NCBI GenBank assembly: GCA_031429095.1
Contig: JANOYY010000013.1
Coordinates: 13,719 to 77,718 of the forward strand
Length of the DNA stretch: 64,000 bases
Direction of reading: 5' to 3'
From: Acidimicrobiia bacterium
GTDB lineage: Bacteria; Actinomycetota; Acidimicrobiia; Acidimicrobiales; JANYDT01
The notes beneath the pieces were generated by a model, which was given only the letters and a program-made list of their open reading frames with translations, did no database searches and was not told where the DNA came from. Both the position numbers and the translations under genes were made by a program. The first letter of the stretch is position 1. The number at the start of each line of letters is the position of its first letter. Below, piece by piece: positions 9,596-18,553 of the stretch.

Positions 9596-9850
9596 ATGGC
9601 TCGTCCGAAACTCCTCGGTATGCACGCGATCGGTGCTGTTTTGGCGCGACCGAGCCTGTGGCCTAAAGCGCTGCGCGCGTGTCGGAGACTTGTCGGCAAA
9701 CGTGGTGCCTCCGAGGCGAGGCTTGTGCCCTACGACTATCTGAGATTTCGAGCGCAAACTGCCTCCGGGGGCCTCGGATCGGAGATTTCGGGAGAAGAAA
9801 TCGTCGATTGGCTGAAATGGGCAGGGCGTTTTCGACAGGTCGTCGAGTAG
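9596..9850 (+). CDS. Hypothetical small protein (84 aa)
   Basis: In-frame ATG inside track ORF 9161..9850, directly after the ACAD stop. No recognisable motif. Confidence 0.35.
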   Translation: MARPKLLGMHAIGAVLARPSLWPKALRACRRLVGKRGASEARLVPYDYLRFRAQTASGGLGSEISGEEIVDWLKWAGRFRQVVE

Positions 9851-9859
9851 GTTCTGGTC

Positions 9860-10372
9860 ATGGCAGGGGCCCTCGTCTTGAACGCATCGTTCGAACCGTT
9901 GTGCGTCGTGCCTGTTCGTCGGGCCATCGTTTTGGTTCTGAACCGCAAAGCGGAGATCGTTTCCGCCGCTGATCGTCAGTTTCGATCTGAGCGTACGGTC
10001 TTCGAGACGCCGTCAGTCATTCGTTTGGTGCACTACGTCCGCGTCCCGTTTCGGACCAGGGTGCCGTTGAATCGTCGGGCGGTCTTTGCGCGTGACCACA
10101 ACCGCTGCCAGTATTGCGCGGCCGGCGCGGAGAACATCGATCACGTGGTTCCGCGTTCTCGTGGAGGTCAGCACATCTGGGAAAATGTGGTGGCCTCATG
10201 CCAGCCGTGCAACGCAAGAAAGGGCGACAAGATGCTCGATCAGACCAACCTCGTGTTGCGCCGCCGTCCACAGGCCCCGCACTCGCTCACATGGGTGCTC
10301 GTTGCTGTCGGGAACGTGGCTCCGGATTGGGAGCCGTATCTGGGTGGTCACTTCAGCGCGCTCTCCGCATAG
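9860..10372 (+). CDS. HNH endonuclease
   Basis: CQYCAAGAENIDHVVPRSRGGQHIWENVVASCQPCNARKGDK is an HNH/Cys4 nuclease motif. Confidence 0.85.
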   Translation: MAGALVLNASFEPLCVVPVRRAIVLVLNRKAEIVSAADRQFRSERTVFETPSVIRLVHYVRVPFRTRVPLNRRAVFARDHNRCQYCAAGAENIDHVVPRSRGGQHIWENVVASCQPCNARKGDKMLDQTNLVLRRRPQAPHSLTWVLVAVGNVAPDWEPYLGGHFSALSA

Positions 10373-10393
10373 GTCCCTGGAGGCGTCGCCGGT

Positions 10394-11209
10394 TCAGGTG
10401 ATGTCGGCCGGCCACTCGCGGCCGGCAAGGACTGCGGCCTGCTTTGCCATTGCTATGTACGCTGACCGTTCACTCGGCGCGATGGCATTGATATGAGCGC
10501 GTATGGTCTGCCAATCGCCGCGAGAAACGGGACCCGGTAGCGCACGAGCCGGGCCAAGCCGTCGGGTACTTTCCAGAGCGGCTGCGGCCAGGTCAAGATA
10601 CGCGTCGATGGGAACGCCCAGGGGTTTGGAAATTCGTTCTACTTGGCCGAGCAGGGCGATGAGGTGATTGGAGGCGACCACCGCAGCCGCGTGGTGGATC
10701 GCGCGGTCTGATTCGTCGATGCGTACGAGTCGAGCGTTCAGGGCTCCAGCAAGTCTCTCAATGAGCGGATCGCCAGCGGCTGCCATCCACGCGCCCTTCA
10801 ATGCCTCGGCTGCGTTGACGGGGTCGCTCATCGGGACGAGCGGATGAAGCGATGCTCGCCGCTCGTGGGGGAGGAGCGCGTCGAGTGCGGTGGCGCCGGA
10901 AAGGTGGGCGACCACGGTTTCGGGGACGGCCGCCATCTGGGCAGCGACCCCCGCGATGGCGGCATCTGGCACGGCGAGGATGACGATGTCGACGCCAACC
11001 GCGGCCCGAGTGAGATCATCGCCGTGTCGCAAACTTGGTTCGACGTCGACGCACCCGCTGTCTCGAAGAGCTCGAGCCACGGCAGTGCCCGCCTTCCCGG
11101 TTCCTACGATTCGGACGCGAAGTGACTCCACATCGGCGAGGCTACCCGGGGTGCCAAACCCCCGGTTCGACTGTCGAGATTCGTGGGGAAGAATGGTGGC
11201 GTGGGCCAT
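10394..11209 (-). CDS. Rossmann-fold oxidoreductase-like protein with a DUF2520 C-terminal domain
   Basis: RVRIVGTGKAGTAVARAL dinucleotide-binding loop and C-terminal PGPVSRGDWQTIRAHI. Start is uncertain: ATG at 11209 or GTG at 11131. Only the distal third of track ORF 10394..11812 looks real. Confidence 0.65.
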   Translation of the reverse strand: MAHATILPHESRQSNRGFGTPGSLADVESLRVRIVGTGKAGTAVARALRDSGCVDVEPSLRHGDDLTRAAVGVDIVILAVPDAAIAGVAAQMAAVPETVVAHLSGATALDALLPHERRASLHPLVPMSDPVNAAEALKGAWMAAAGDPLIERLAGALNARLVRIDESDRAIHHAAAVVASNHLIALLGQVERISKPLGVPIDAYLDLAAAALESTRRLGPARALPGPVSRGDWQTIRAHINAIAPSERSAYIAMAKQAAVLAGREWPADIT

Positions 11210-12736
11210 CAATTTCGAACGCAGCGGCGCCTCCTCGCGATCGGGGTTGCAGCGCTTGTGCTTTCGCTTGGCTCCACGTCGCGAATCGTGGCGGTTCAAC
11301 CCGGCGCTGCTACCACCGCGGTTCGCGCTGGCGCGAGGCCCTTGACCTGGGGCCCGTGCTATGACAACAAGCGCTACGACTGCGCTCGCCTTTCGGTACC
11401 CCTCGACCGCTCGAATCCGGTCGGCGCCGGAGTATCCCTGTCGATCCTGCGGGTCCCGGCAACGAGGAAGAGCAAGCGCATCGGCGTGCTGCTGGTCAAC
11501 CCCGGTGGGCCGGGCGCGTCGGGCCGGACCTTTGCCAAACAGCTGGCCGTGAATCCGATCTTCGACAGGATCAGGAGGTCCTACGACATTGTCGGATGGG
11601 ACCCTCGGGGGGTTGGCGAATCGGCGCCCATTCGTTGCCTTGACTCCGCGGGCTATGACCGGTTCTTCGCTGCTGATCCCAATCCCGACACGCCCGCCGA
11701 ACATGACCAGCTCGTCGCCGTGACGAAAGAGTTCGTCGAGGGGTGCAGGGAACGCAACGGCGACGTCCTGAAACATGTGTCGACGGCCGACACCGTCGCC
11801 GACATGGACCAAATTCGTGAAGCGTTGGGAGAGAAAACGGTCTCCTATGCCGGCTTTTCCTACGGCACCCTACTGGGCGCACGATACGCGGACGCCTACC
11901 CGAAGCGGGTTCGTCGATTTGTCCTTGACGGGGCACTTGATCCGTTGGCGACAACCGAAAAACGTTCTGAGCTCCAAGCGATCGGTTTTGAACGTGCGCT
12001 TATGAATTTCCTGGCGACATGCACAGCCAAGAAGTGTCGGTTTATGCACAAGAACGAAACGCCACTGAGTGCCTTCGACCGTCTTGTGGCGTCGTTCGAG
12101 GCAACACCGCTCGCCGTGAAATGGGTTGCGAACAACAAGACGACGGCCCGATTGCTCGGGCCGGGCGAGGGATACACCGCGGTGTTGGCTGCGCTCTACA
12201 ACGTAAACCTTGGTTGGCCACGTTTGAAGTCGGCGCTGACCGACCTTGATCGCGGCGACGGCAGGGCAATGCTTCAGCTGTTTGATCTGTACGCAGATCG
12301 GAGTGCCGCCGGTGACTACCGCAATACTTCCGACGCAAACGCTGCGGTGAACTGTACGGACCTACCCAACTCGACCAACATTGCCGACTACGACGCAGTG
12401 GCGAAACGTCTGGACGGGGTTGCCCCGCACTTCGGGGCGTTCGCTGCGTATTCGACCGTTGTCTGTGCGTTCTGGCCCAGCGCCGGCCCGGTTCCGAAGG
12501 CGGTTCAGGCTGCGACCAGTGCGCCGATCATGATCCTTGGAACGACCGATGACCCGGCGACTCCGTTCGTGTGGGCCGAGTCCCTTCACCGCCAACTCGT
12601 CACGAGCCGACTCGTCCGGTTCCAAAGCGATGGTCACACCGCCTTGCTTTCCGGGAACACGTGTGTACGCAAACTGGTCGAAAAGTACTTGCTCGTAGGC
12701 GAATTACCTGAAAACAGGACGACCTGTCGTCGGTGA
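11183..12736 (+). CDS. Secreted alpha/beta hydrolase, S33 tripeptidyl-aminopeptidase-like
   Basis: Signal-like RRLLAIGVAALVLSLGS, LLVNPGGPGASG and the nucleophile elbow GFSYGT. Confidence 0.75.
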   Translation: MGKNGGVGHQFRTQRRLLAIGVAALVLSLGSTSRIVAVQPGAATTAVRAGARPLTWGPCYDNKRYDCARLSVPLDRSNPVGAGVSLSILRVPATRKSKRIGVLLVNPGGPGASGRTFAKQLAVNPIFDRIRRSYDIVGWDPRGVGESAPIRCLDSAGYDRFFAADPNPDTPAEHDQLVAVTKEFVEGCRERNGDVLKHVSTADTVADMDQIREALGEKTVSYAGFSYGTLLGARYADAYPKRVRRFVLDGALDPLATTEKRSELQAIGFERALMNFLATCTAKKCRFMHKNETPLSAFDRLVASFEATPLAVKWVANNKTTARLLGPGEGYTAVLAALYNVNLGWPRLKSALTDLDRGDGRAMLQLFDLYADRSAAGDYRNTSDANAAVNCTDLPNSTNIADYDAVAKRLDGVAPHFGAFAAYSTVVCAFWPSAGPVPKAVQAATSAPIMILGTTDDPATPFVWAESLHRQLVTSRLVRFQSDGHTALLSGNTCVRKLVEKYLLVGELPENRTTCRR

Positions 12737-12773
12737 GCGACCCCGAAAACGCAAAGAGTCAAGCGTCCGCGGT

Positions 12774-12801
12774 GAGATCTCCTAACCTGGGAGGAGATAT
12801 C
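12774..12801 (+). promoter_or_regulatory. Possible RBS-occluding hairpin in the DEAD-box helicase leader
   Basis: gagatctcc (12774-12782) pairs with ggagatatc (12793-12801) at 8 of 9 positions. The 3' arm overlaps the GGGAGGAG Shine-Dalgarno just before the ATG at 12803. Confidence 0.3.
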
Positions 12802-12802
12802 C

Positions 12803-14020
12803 ATGAACGTTGAACCCACTGTCCCCGTGCCCTATACAGAAGACGCGCCCCTTGTCGGCGTCACCTTCGAATCCCTGGGGGTACCTGATGACATCTGTTC
12901 GGCGTTGACCGCTCAGGGAATCCTGACTGCATTCGAGGTTCAGGCATTGACGGTTCCCGACGGCTTGGCCGGTCGAGATGTCTGTGGTCAGGCGAAAACG
13001 GGATCAGGCAAGACCCTCGCTTTCGGAATCCCGTTGGTCGCCCGGGCAGTGACCCCCGCAACGGCGAAGACCCCGACGGCCATGGTGCTGGTCCCCACCC
13101 GTGAACTGGCTTCCCAGGTCGAGAAGGAACTCAGCTGGCTCTCGGCGGCGCGTGGACTCAAGGTCGTCGCCATCTACGGCGGAGCCTCCTTCGACAAACA
13201 GCGTAAGGAACTCAACGATGGCGCCGAGGTCGTGGTCGCGACACCGGGTCGTCTCATCGATCTCGTGGGCCGGGGCGACATTGATCTGAGCGCAATTCGA
13301 TTTCTGGTGCTCGACGAAGCCGACCGCATGTGCGACATGGGCTTTCTCCCGAACGTCGAGTGGCTCCTGCGTAAGATGCCGAGGGACCGCCAGACCCTCC
13401 TGTTCTCGGCGACGCTTGGCTCCGACGTCAACTACATGATTAAGAATGAGCTGACGGATCCGATCCGTCACACGATGGAGAGCGACTCGACCACGGTCGA
13501 GCAATCGCATCATCGGTTCCTCTTTGTCCATGAGATGGACCGTGTCAAGGTCGTGGCCGCGATTGTCGGGAGCTACGACCGAGCGCTGGTATTCGTGAAC
13601 ACCAAACGGGGGTGTGACCGGCTTGTCGACGATCTCAAGGATCTCGGTGTCCAGGCCCGGGCAATTCACGGAGACCTTGACCAGACCCGCCGCGACCGAG
13701 CGCTTCGCCAGTTCGGCGACGGGCAGATCCATGTGCTCGTCGCAACCGATGTCGCAGCACGGGGGTTGCATATCGACGGCGTCGACTGCGTGTTGCAGTT
13801 CGACCCACCCGACGATCACAAGACGTACCTTCACCGCGCGGGGCGTACGGCGCGGGCTGGGGCTACGGGCGTCGTCGCGACGATGCTGTTATGGAACCAG
13901 CGAGTGGAAGTGGAGCGGCTGCAGAAGCGCCTCGGTCTCTCGATCCCGGTTGCGGAGATGTTCTCCAACGACCAACGACTTACGGACCTGGCGAACTGGG
14001 ACCCAACAGCCTCGACATGA
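12803..14020 (+). CDS. DEAD-box ATP-dependent RNA helicase
   Basis: AKTGSGKTLAF, PTRELA, DEAD, SAT and HRAGRTARAG motifs. Confidence 0.93.
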   Translation: MNVEPTVPVPYTEDAPLVGVTFESLGVPDDICSALTAQGILTAFEVQALTVPDGLAGRDVCGQAKTGSGKTLAFGIPLVARAVTPATAKTPTAMVLVPTRELASQVEKELSWLSAARGLKVVAIYGGASFDKQRKELNDGAEVVVATPGRLIDLVGRGDIDLSAIRFLVLDEADRMCDMGFLPNVEWLLRKMPRDRQTLLFSATLGSDVNYMIKNELTDPIRHTMESDSTTVEQSHHRFLFVHEMDRVKVVAAIVGSYDRALVFVNTKRGCDRLVDDLKDLGVQARAIHGDLDQTRRDRALRQFGDGQIHVLVATDVAARGLHIDGVDCVLQFDPPDDHKTYLHRAGRTARAGATGVVATMLLWNQRVEVERLQKRLGLSIPVAEMFSNDQRLTDLANWDPTAST

Positions 14021-14053
14021 CGGACGACGTTCTCTGTTGGTGATCAATCCGTC

Positions 14054-14734
14054 GTGAACGCAACAGACTGGAATCTTCAGCGCCTGTCTGGCCCGGCGTC
14101 GCAACTCTTTGGCGGGACCGCTGCTGCGCTGAATGCTGTGAACGATGCCGGGCTGGCCGTTGACCGGATACTACGTGTACTCACGGTTTCGGAATCGACG
14201 GTGGTGCTCGGCAGCTCACAGCCGTTGGAGGACATCGTCAAACCATCGCTGGGAACGCCGATAGTTCGACGCCGTAGCGGTGGGGGAGCGGTTTGGCTCG
14301 AGCCCGCCGCCATGGTTTGGTTCGACCTGATGGTCGGCCGGTCTGATCAGCTGTGGAGCGACGACGTTGGTCGGGCAACGTGGTGGGTCGGCGAAGCGTT
14401 CGCGCGGGCGCTGCGAAATTCGGGATGCCGTGATGCCGTAGCGCATCGCGGGGCGATGGTCCACAACGCGCTTGACCGCAAAGTGTGCTGGACGGGGCTT
14501 GGCCCTGGCGAGGTGACCGGCGGGGCCGGCGGACCGAAGCTGGTCGGAATCGCACAGAAGCGGAAGCGCCGTGCCGTCGTGTTCCAAGTGGGAGTGTTGA
14601 TCACTCCGTGTCAGTACTTGTTGGCGGAACCGATGGGACTCGACCCGGCAGCGATACTCGTAAGTGAACGTGGTATCGCTACGGATCGAGAAACCCTCAT
14701 CGAATCGGTTCTCGACGCTCTTCCGAAGATATAG
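14054..14734 (+). CDS. Lipoate/biotin protein ligase family (BPL_LplA_LipB-like) protein
   Basis: RRRSGGGAVWL and a KLVGIAQKR-type lysine motif resemble LplA/LipB-fold proteins. GTG start. Confidence 0.5.
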   Translation: MNATDWNLQRLSGPASQLFGGTAAALNAVNDAGLAVDRILRVLTVSESTVVLGSSQPLEDIVKPSLGTPIVRRRSGGGAVWLEPAAMVWFDLMVGRSDQLWSDDVGRATWWVGEAFARALRNSGCRDAVAHRGAMVHNALDRKVCWTGLGPGEVTGGAGGPKLVGIAQKRKRRAVVFQVGVLITPCQYLLAEPMGLDPAAILVSERGIATDRETLIESVLDALPKI

Positions 14735-14746
14735 TAAGCGTACGAA

Positions 14747-15247
14747 TTACTTCAACGCGGCTAGTGCAGCGTCGTAATTCGGCTCGTTGGCAATTTCCGC
14801 AACCAATTCGGTGTGGGCGACCTTGCCGTTTTCGTCGATGACCACGACGGCTCGGGCCAGAAGGCCCTGCAGCACGCTGTCGGTGAGGGTTACGCCGTAG
14901 GTGCTTCCGAAATCAGCGGACCGGAACGAACTGGCTGTCACGACGTTGCTCAGGCCTTCGGAGCCGCAAAAGCGACCCTGGGCGAAGGGGAGGTCGGCAG
15001 AAACGCACACCACGACGGCGTTCTCCAGACCCGAAGCTGCTTCGTTGAACTTGCGAACGCTGCTCGCGCAGGTCGGTGTGTCGACGCTGGGGAAGATATT
15101 CAAAACAATGCGCTTTCCGGCAAAGTCAGCATTCGTGAGGGGCGACAGATCGCCCTTCGTCAGTGAGAAGGCGGGCGCATCGGAACCGACCGCCGGAAGA
15201 TCTCCGGAAGTATTGACCGGATTGCCGCCAAGGGAAACTGTGCTCAT
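14747..15247 (-). CDS. tpx: Thiol peroxidase
   Basis: [10 protein letters not shown] peroxidatic Cys motif and a ...FCG... resolving Cys; 166 aa. Confidence 0.9.
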   Translation of the reverse strand: MSTVSLGGNPVNTSGDLPAVGSDAPAFSLTKGDLSPLTNADFAGKRIVLNIFPSVDTPTCASSVRKFNEAASGLENAVVVCVSADLPFAQGRFCGSEGLSNVVTASSFRSADFGSTYGVTLTDSVLQGLLARAVVVIDENGKVAHTELVAEIANEPNYDAALAALK

Positions 15248-15414
15248 GTGGGTGTCTTTCGTGTTTCGGACGGCATGTACCCGTCACTCGTATGGCGAGA
15301 GCCTACCGAGTCCGGCGTCGTTGTTTCTTCGGCGTCGGCCCACCGGCTTGGGCCGAGAAGGGAGCATGGGCAAAACCGGCGCCGGGTGAGACCCGTTGTG
15401 CTACATTGACGCAC

Positions 15415-15693
15415 ATGAGTGCATCGGTCGGAATTCGCGCCCTGCAGCAAAACGCATCGGCGGTCGTGTCGCGGGTCGAGGCCGGCGAGTCGATTGAGAT
15501 TACCGACCGGGGCCGGCCGGTGGCCCGACTCGTACCGATCACGATCGGGTCGCGCCTCGAAGCACTTCGTATGGCGGGTCAGGTCCGCGAGGCGTCTCGT
15601 CCGCTGGGGTCAATTGTGCGTCCGCCGAACCGACAACCGGGAAAACCATCGCTCAGTCAAATGCTCGACGATATGCGCGCAGATGAACACTAA
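15415..15693 (+). CDS. vapB: Type II antitoxin, Phd/YefM (VapB-like)
   Basis: MSASVGIRALQQNASAVVSRVEAGESIEITDRGRPVARLVPI. Lies directly upstream of the PIN toxin. Confidence 0.8.
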   Translation: MSASVGIRALQQNASAVVSRVEAGESIEITDRGRPVARLVPITIGSRLEALRMAGQVREASRPLGSIVRPPNRQPGKPSLSQMLDDMRADEH

Positions 15694-15699
15694 TCGTTC

Positions 15700-16092
15700 G
15701 TGATTGCGTACATCGACTCGTCGGCTCTCGTGAAGCTCGTGAGTCTCGAGACTGAAACCGACGCGCTACTCGAATGGATCACCGACCATCAGCCCACCCT
15801 CTTTGGCAGCGAGCTGCTCCGCACAGAGGTCATACGGGCCGTTCGTCGTTTCGACCCCATGGCGCTGGAAGCGGCGAAGGAGTTGCTGCGAACCGTGAAC
15901 CTTCTTGCGATGCCCTCCTCGACTTTCGCTCGAGCGGGTGAGCTTGACCCGCAGATCCTTCGGCCACTCGACGCGCTCCATCTCGCTTCAGCCCTCGATC
16001 TCGGCGACGATCTTGATGTGCTCGTGACCTACGACGATCGCCTCACCGAGGCATGCGCGATCCATGGCGTTCGCGTGGTTGCTCCGGCCTAA
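15700..16092 (+). CDS. vapC: PIN-domain toxin VapC
   Basis: N-terminal IAYIDSSALVKL (Asp), ...SELLRTEV..., DALHLASAL and VTYDDRL acidic residues typical of PIN domains. Confidence 0.85.
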   Translation: MIAYIDSSALVKLVSLETETDALLEWITDHQPTLFGSELLRTEVIRAVRRFDPMALEAAKELLRTVNLLAMPSSTFARAGELDPQILRPLDALHLASALDLGDDLDVLVTYDDRLTEACAIHGVRVVAPA

Positions 16093-16109
16093 CGATGGCC
16101 TAACGGAGC

Positions 16110-16931
16110 CTACCGACCCTCGAACACAGGGGGGCGTCGCTCGAGATACGACATCATCCCCTCCTGAAAGTCCTTGGTGCGCAGGAGCGGGAGGAGCTGC
16201 AAGAACACGTGGTGGACGTTTTGTTCGAAGGTCTCGGATTCGCCCATACGCATCATGCGCTTGATCGCTCGAACCGCAAGCGGCGCGTTCTCGGAAATCT
16301 CGATGGCCATATTCATGGCGGTTTCCATCAGGTCGCCGTCGCTGACCACATGGTTCACGAGTCCATGTCCGAGCGCTTCATCGGCAGTCAGGGTGCGGCC
16401 CGTAAAGCTCAACTCAGCGGCCTTCGCATACCCGACGAGGCGCGGCAAAAGCCATGTCCCTCCCGACTCAGGCAGGATTCCGCGCTTGGCGAAGGCCATA
16501 GACAACTTTGCCGACCGGGCGGCAAGGCGAATGTCGCACCCGAGTGCAAGATCGAGACCGTACCCGGCGGCTCCGCCATTGAGCGCCGCAATGATCGGCG
16601 TGTCGAGCTCGTGAAGGACAGTTGGCGGCGTGAACCGCATGTCGATCTCGGCCGCGGCGCCGGACCCGACACCGTTGAGCATGCCCGACCCTTCCGCCTG
16701 CGACTTCACATCGAGGCCCGCGCAAAAGGCGCGACCCTTGCCGGTGAGGATGATGCACCGGACGTCGCGGTTGCGGTCGGCGGCGAGGAGATGCTCGCAA
16801 AGTTGATCCAGCATCTTCGCTGTGATTGTGTTCATCGCCTCCGGGCGATTGAACCGAATGATGGCGACATGGCCGTCGATCTCGGTCGTGATCTCATCGG
16901 TCGACTCTTGCGAAGTTGTAGTTTCGGGCAT
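16110..16931 (-). CDS. Enoyl-CoA hydratase/isomerase (crotonase family)
   Basis: IIRFNRPEAMN, GKGRAFCAGLD and AALNGGAAGYGLDLALGCDIR. Start at the ATG at 16931 (MPETTTS...) within track ORF 16110..17204. Confidence 0.88.
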   Translation of the reverse strand: MPETTTSQESTDEITTEIDGHVAIIRFNRPEAMNTITAKMLDQLCEHLLAADRNRDVRCIILTGKGRAFCAGLDVKSQAEGSGMLNGVGSGAAAEIDMRFTPPTVLHELDTPIIAALNGGAAGYGLDLALGCDIRLAARSAKLSMAFAKRGILPESGGTWLLPRLVGYAKAAELSFTGRTLTADEALGHGLVNHVVSDGDLMETAMNMAIEISENAPLAVRAIKRMMRMGESETFEQNVHHVFLQLLPLLRTKDFQEGMMSYLERRPPVFEGR

Positions 16932-16977
16932 CACACCATCACAGCACCGAACCGATGCGATGCGCCAACGTTGCCCG

Positions 16978-17502
16978 TTATTTGGCTCGCCAGTCGTGGC
17001 GGCCCGCGCGGACTGCAGTTGACGACACGTCACTGAAACGATCGGCGATGCGTAGCACCACTCGGCCTTCACGGTGGTCGGGCACCGCGAACGGCGGGCG
17101 AGGGACGATCGCAATGTTGGGAAGCGCGGCAATCGCCTCGTCGCGTCGCTGGGCTTCGTAGCCGTACCACTGCAACTCGTTGATCTGCTCCCATTTGTCG
17201 GCACCGACGATCACCCAGTCATACCCGGCCGCAATGTCGACCAAGAGCGACGCGGGGGAGACTTCGACATCAAAACGGTTGCCGTGGCGCTCGGTAAGTG
17301 ATTTCAGTAGCTCGGCTCGATGGGCGGGTGCGGGGAGAGCGGTCTCGTCTTTTCCAAGGGTCTGGAGCGACACGACAAACACGACTTGATCGACGCCTAG
17401 CTGCTCCGACGCCATGTGTGCGACTGCCAAATGCGCGATGGTCGGCGGGTTGAAGGTCCCGGGATAGCACGCCCGCACCGGTTCGCGTCGCGCCTCGCTC
17501 AC
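16978..17502 (-). CDS. Cytidylyltransferase-fold nucleotidyltransferase (NadD/NMNAT-like)
   Basis: GTFNPPTIAHL is an (H/T)xxH motif, with SSTAVR near the C-terminus. The GTG at 17502 overlaps (GTGA) the pgl stop. Confidence 0.6.
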   Translation of the reverse strand: MSEARREPVRACYPGTFNPPTIAHLAVAHMASEQLGVDQVVFVVSLQTLGKDETALPAPAHRAELLKSLTERHGNRFDVEVSPASLLVDIAAGYDWVIVGADKWEQINELQWYGYEAQRRDEAIAALPNIAIVPRPPFAVPDHREGRVVLRIADRFSDVSSTAVRAGRHDWRAK

Positions 17503-18203
17503 GTCCGGTCGATTGTCGTCGCTGAGCCGTTCGCATCGTGGTCGAGGTAGAGGGTGTTCGCCCCACTCGCCCGAACACGACCGGCGGGAACGGTCGGGTC
17601 CTGAGCGAGGAGCAGCCGAACGGCGTCGACCTTGGACGCTCCCGTGACCAGCCACACCAGAGCCCGGGCCTGATTGATCGTTCGAAACGACACGGTGATG
17701 CGTCGACGTCCGTCGTACCTACGAGTAGTCGCAGTCAGTGCTCTCGTAACCGTAAGCACCGGGTCGTTCGGAATCAGCGATGCCGTGTGGCCGTCATCGC
17801 CGAGACCGAGATGGATAACATCGAACACACCATCGCAGGTTTCGCGAATTGTCTTGGCGTACGCCCGGGCGGCCTCGCCAGGGGTGCCCATTTCGACCGG
17901 TACTGCGTGCACGTTCGACGGCGGAATGTCGATCTTGGCGAGCAGACGATCGTGGAGTTGCACCAGGTTTCGATCCGGGTGGCCGGTGGGCGCAATTCGT
18001 TCGTCGACCTGGAACACGTGAACGTCTTGCCATGCGACGTCACGGGAGGCGAGCGCATCGAACAACAGGGCCGGCGTCGAACCACCGCTCAGCGCGAAGC
18101 AGGCGGTTCCCCGCGCGGCGACAGCTGCGGCAAGGAGCGCAGAAACATCTTTCGCCGCCCGACGCGCGAGCTCCGAGCGATTTTTCGCGACGACTGTTTC
18201 CAC
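17499..18203 (-). CDS. pgl: 6-phosphogluconolactonase
   Basis: FALSGGSTP, VDERIAP and HLGLGDDGHTASL motifs of the 6PGL/NagB family. GTG start. Confidence 0.85.
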   Translation of the reverse strand: METVVAKNRSELARRAAKDVSALLAAAVAARGTACFALSGGSTPALLFDALASRDVAWQDVHVFQVDERIAPTGHPDRNLVQLHDRLLAKIDIPPSNVHAVPVEMGTPGEAARAYAKTIRETCDGVFDVIHLGLGDDGHTASLIPNDPVLTVTRALTATTRRYDGRRRITVSFRTINQARALVWLVTGASKVDAVRLLLAQDPTVPAGRVRASGANTLYLDHDANGSATTIDRT

Positions 18204-18222
18204 TGTTTCCGTTCTTCCCTAG

Positions 18223-18258
18223 TTGTTTCGATTGTTGTTTCGATTGTTGTCTCGATTG
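18223..18258. repeat. 12-bp tandem repeat x3 (ttgtttcgattg, third copy with 1 mismatch) in the pgl/mraZ divergent intergenic region
   Basis: Read directly. Preceded by a 9-bp duplication actgtttcc x2 at 18193-18210. Confidence 0.9.
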
Positions 18259-18422
18259 TTTTTCCATGCTCACCGTTCTCGATCCTTTCACGCCGACCCA
18301 CGGCCGTTCATCTCTCGCCCGTACGTCTGTTCTGATTTTCGTACGCCTGTTCGAATCCTCACGTCGGCTTGGGAAATCCCCACGGAAAACCGTCGTATTT
18401 CGCCAGAAAAGCGTCGGCAATC

Positions 18423-18446
18423 TGGTGACGAAGTGGGGCAAAGTGG
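18423..18446 (+). promoter_or_regulatory. Candidate MraZ operator: direct AAGTGG repeats with 10-bp phasing
   Basis: AAGTGG at 18431-18436 and 18441-18446, plus a degenerate TGGTGA at 18423-18428, about 110 bp upstream of the mraZ ATG. This resembles the phased GTGG-type direct repeats bound by MraZ in other bacteria. Confidence 0.3.
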
Positions 18447-18553
18447 TACGGTATCCCTGTTCAGGGAAGCAGGTGGAAGAGGACGCTCGTTTTCGGGTGT
18501 TTTCACCATTCGAGCTCCACATCACGAGGTAGTTAGGTCCGAAGTCGATCGCG

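Noticed and set aside
11210-11812. Upstream 200 codons of track ORF 10394..11812
   Set aside because: This part is antisense to the S33 peptidase gene and has Arg/Gly/Pro-rich non-protein-like composition. The recognisable Rossmann/DUF2520 protein starts at or after 11209.
13004-13834. 276-aa minus-strand ORF
   Set aside because: It is antisense to the DEAD-box helicase.
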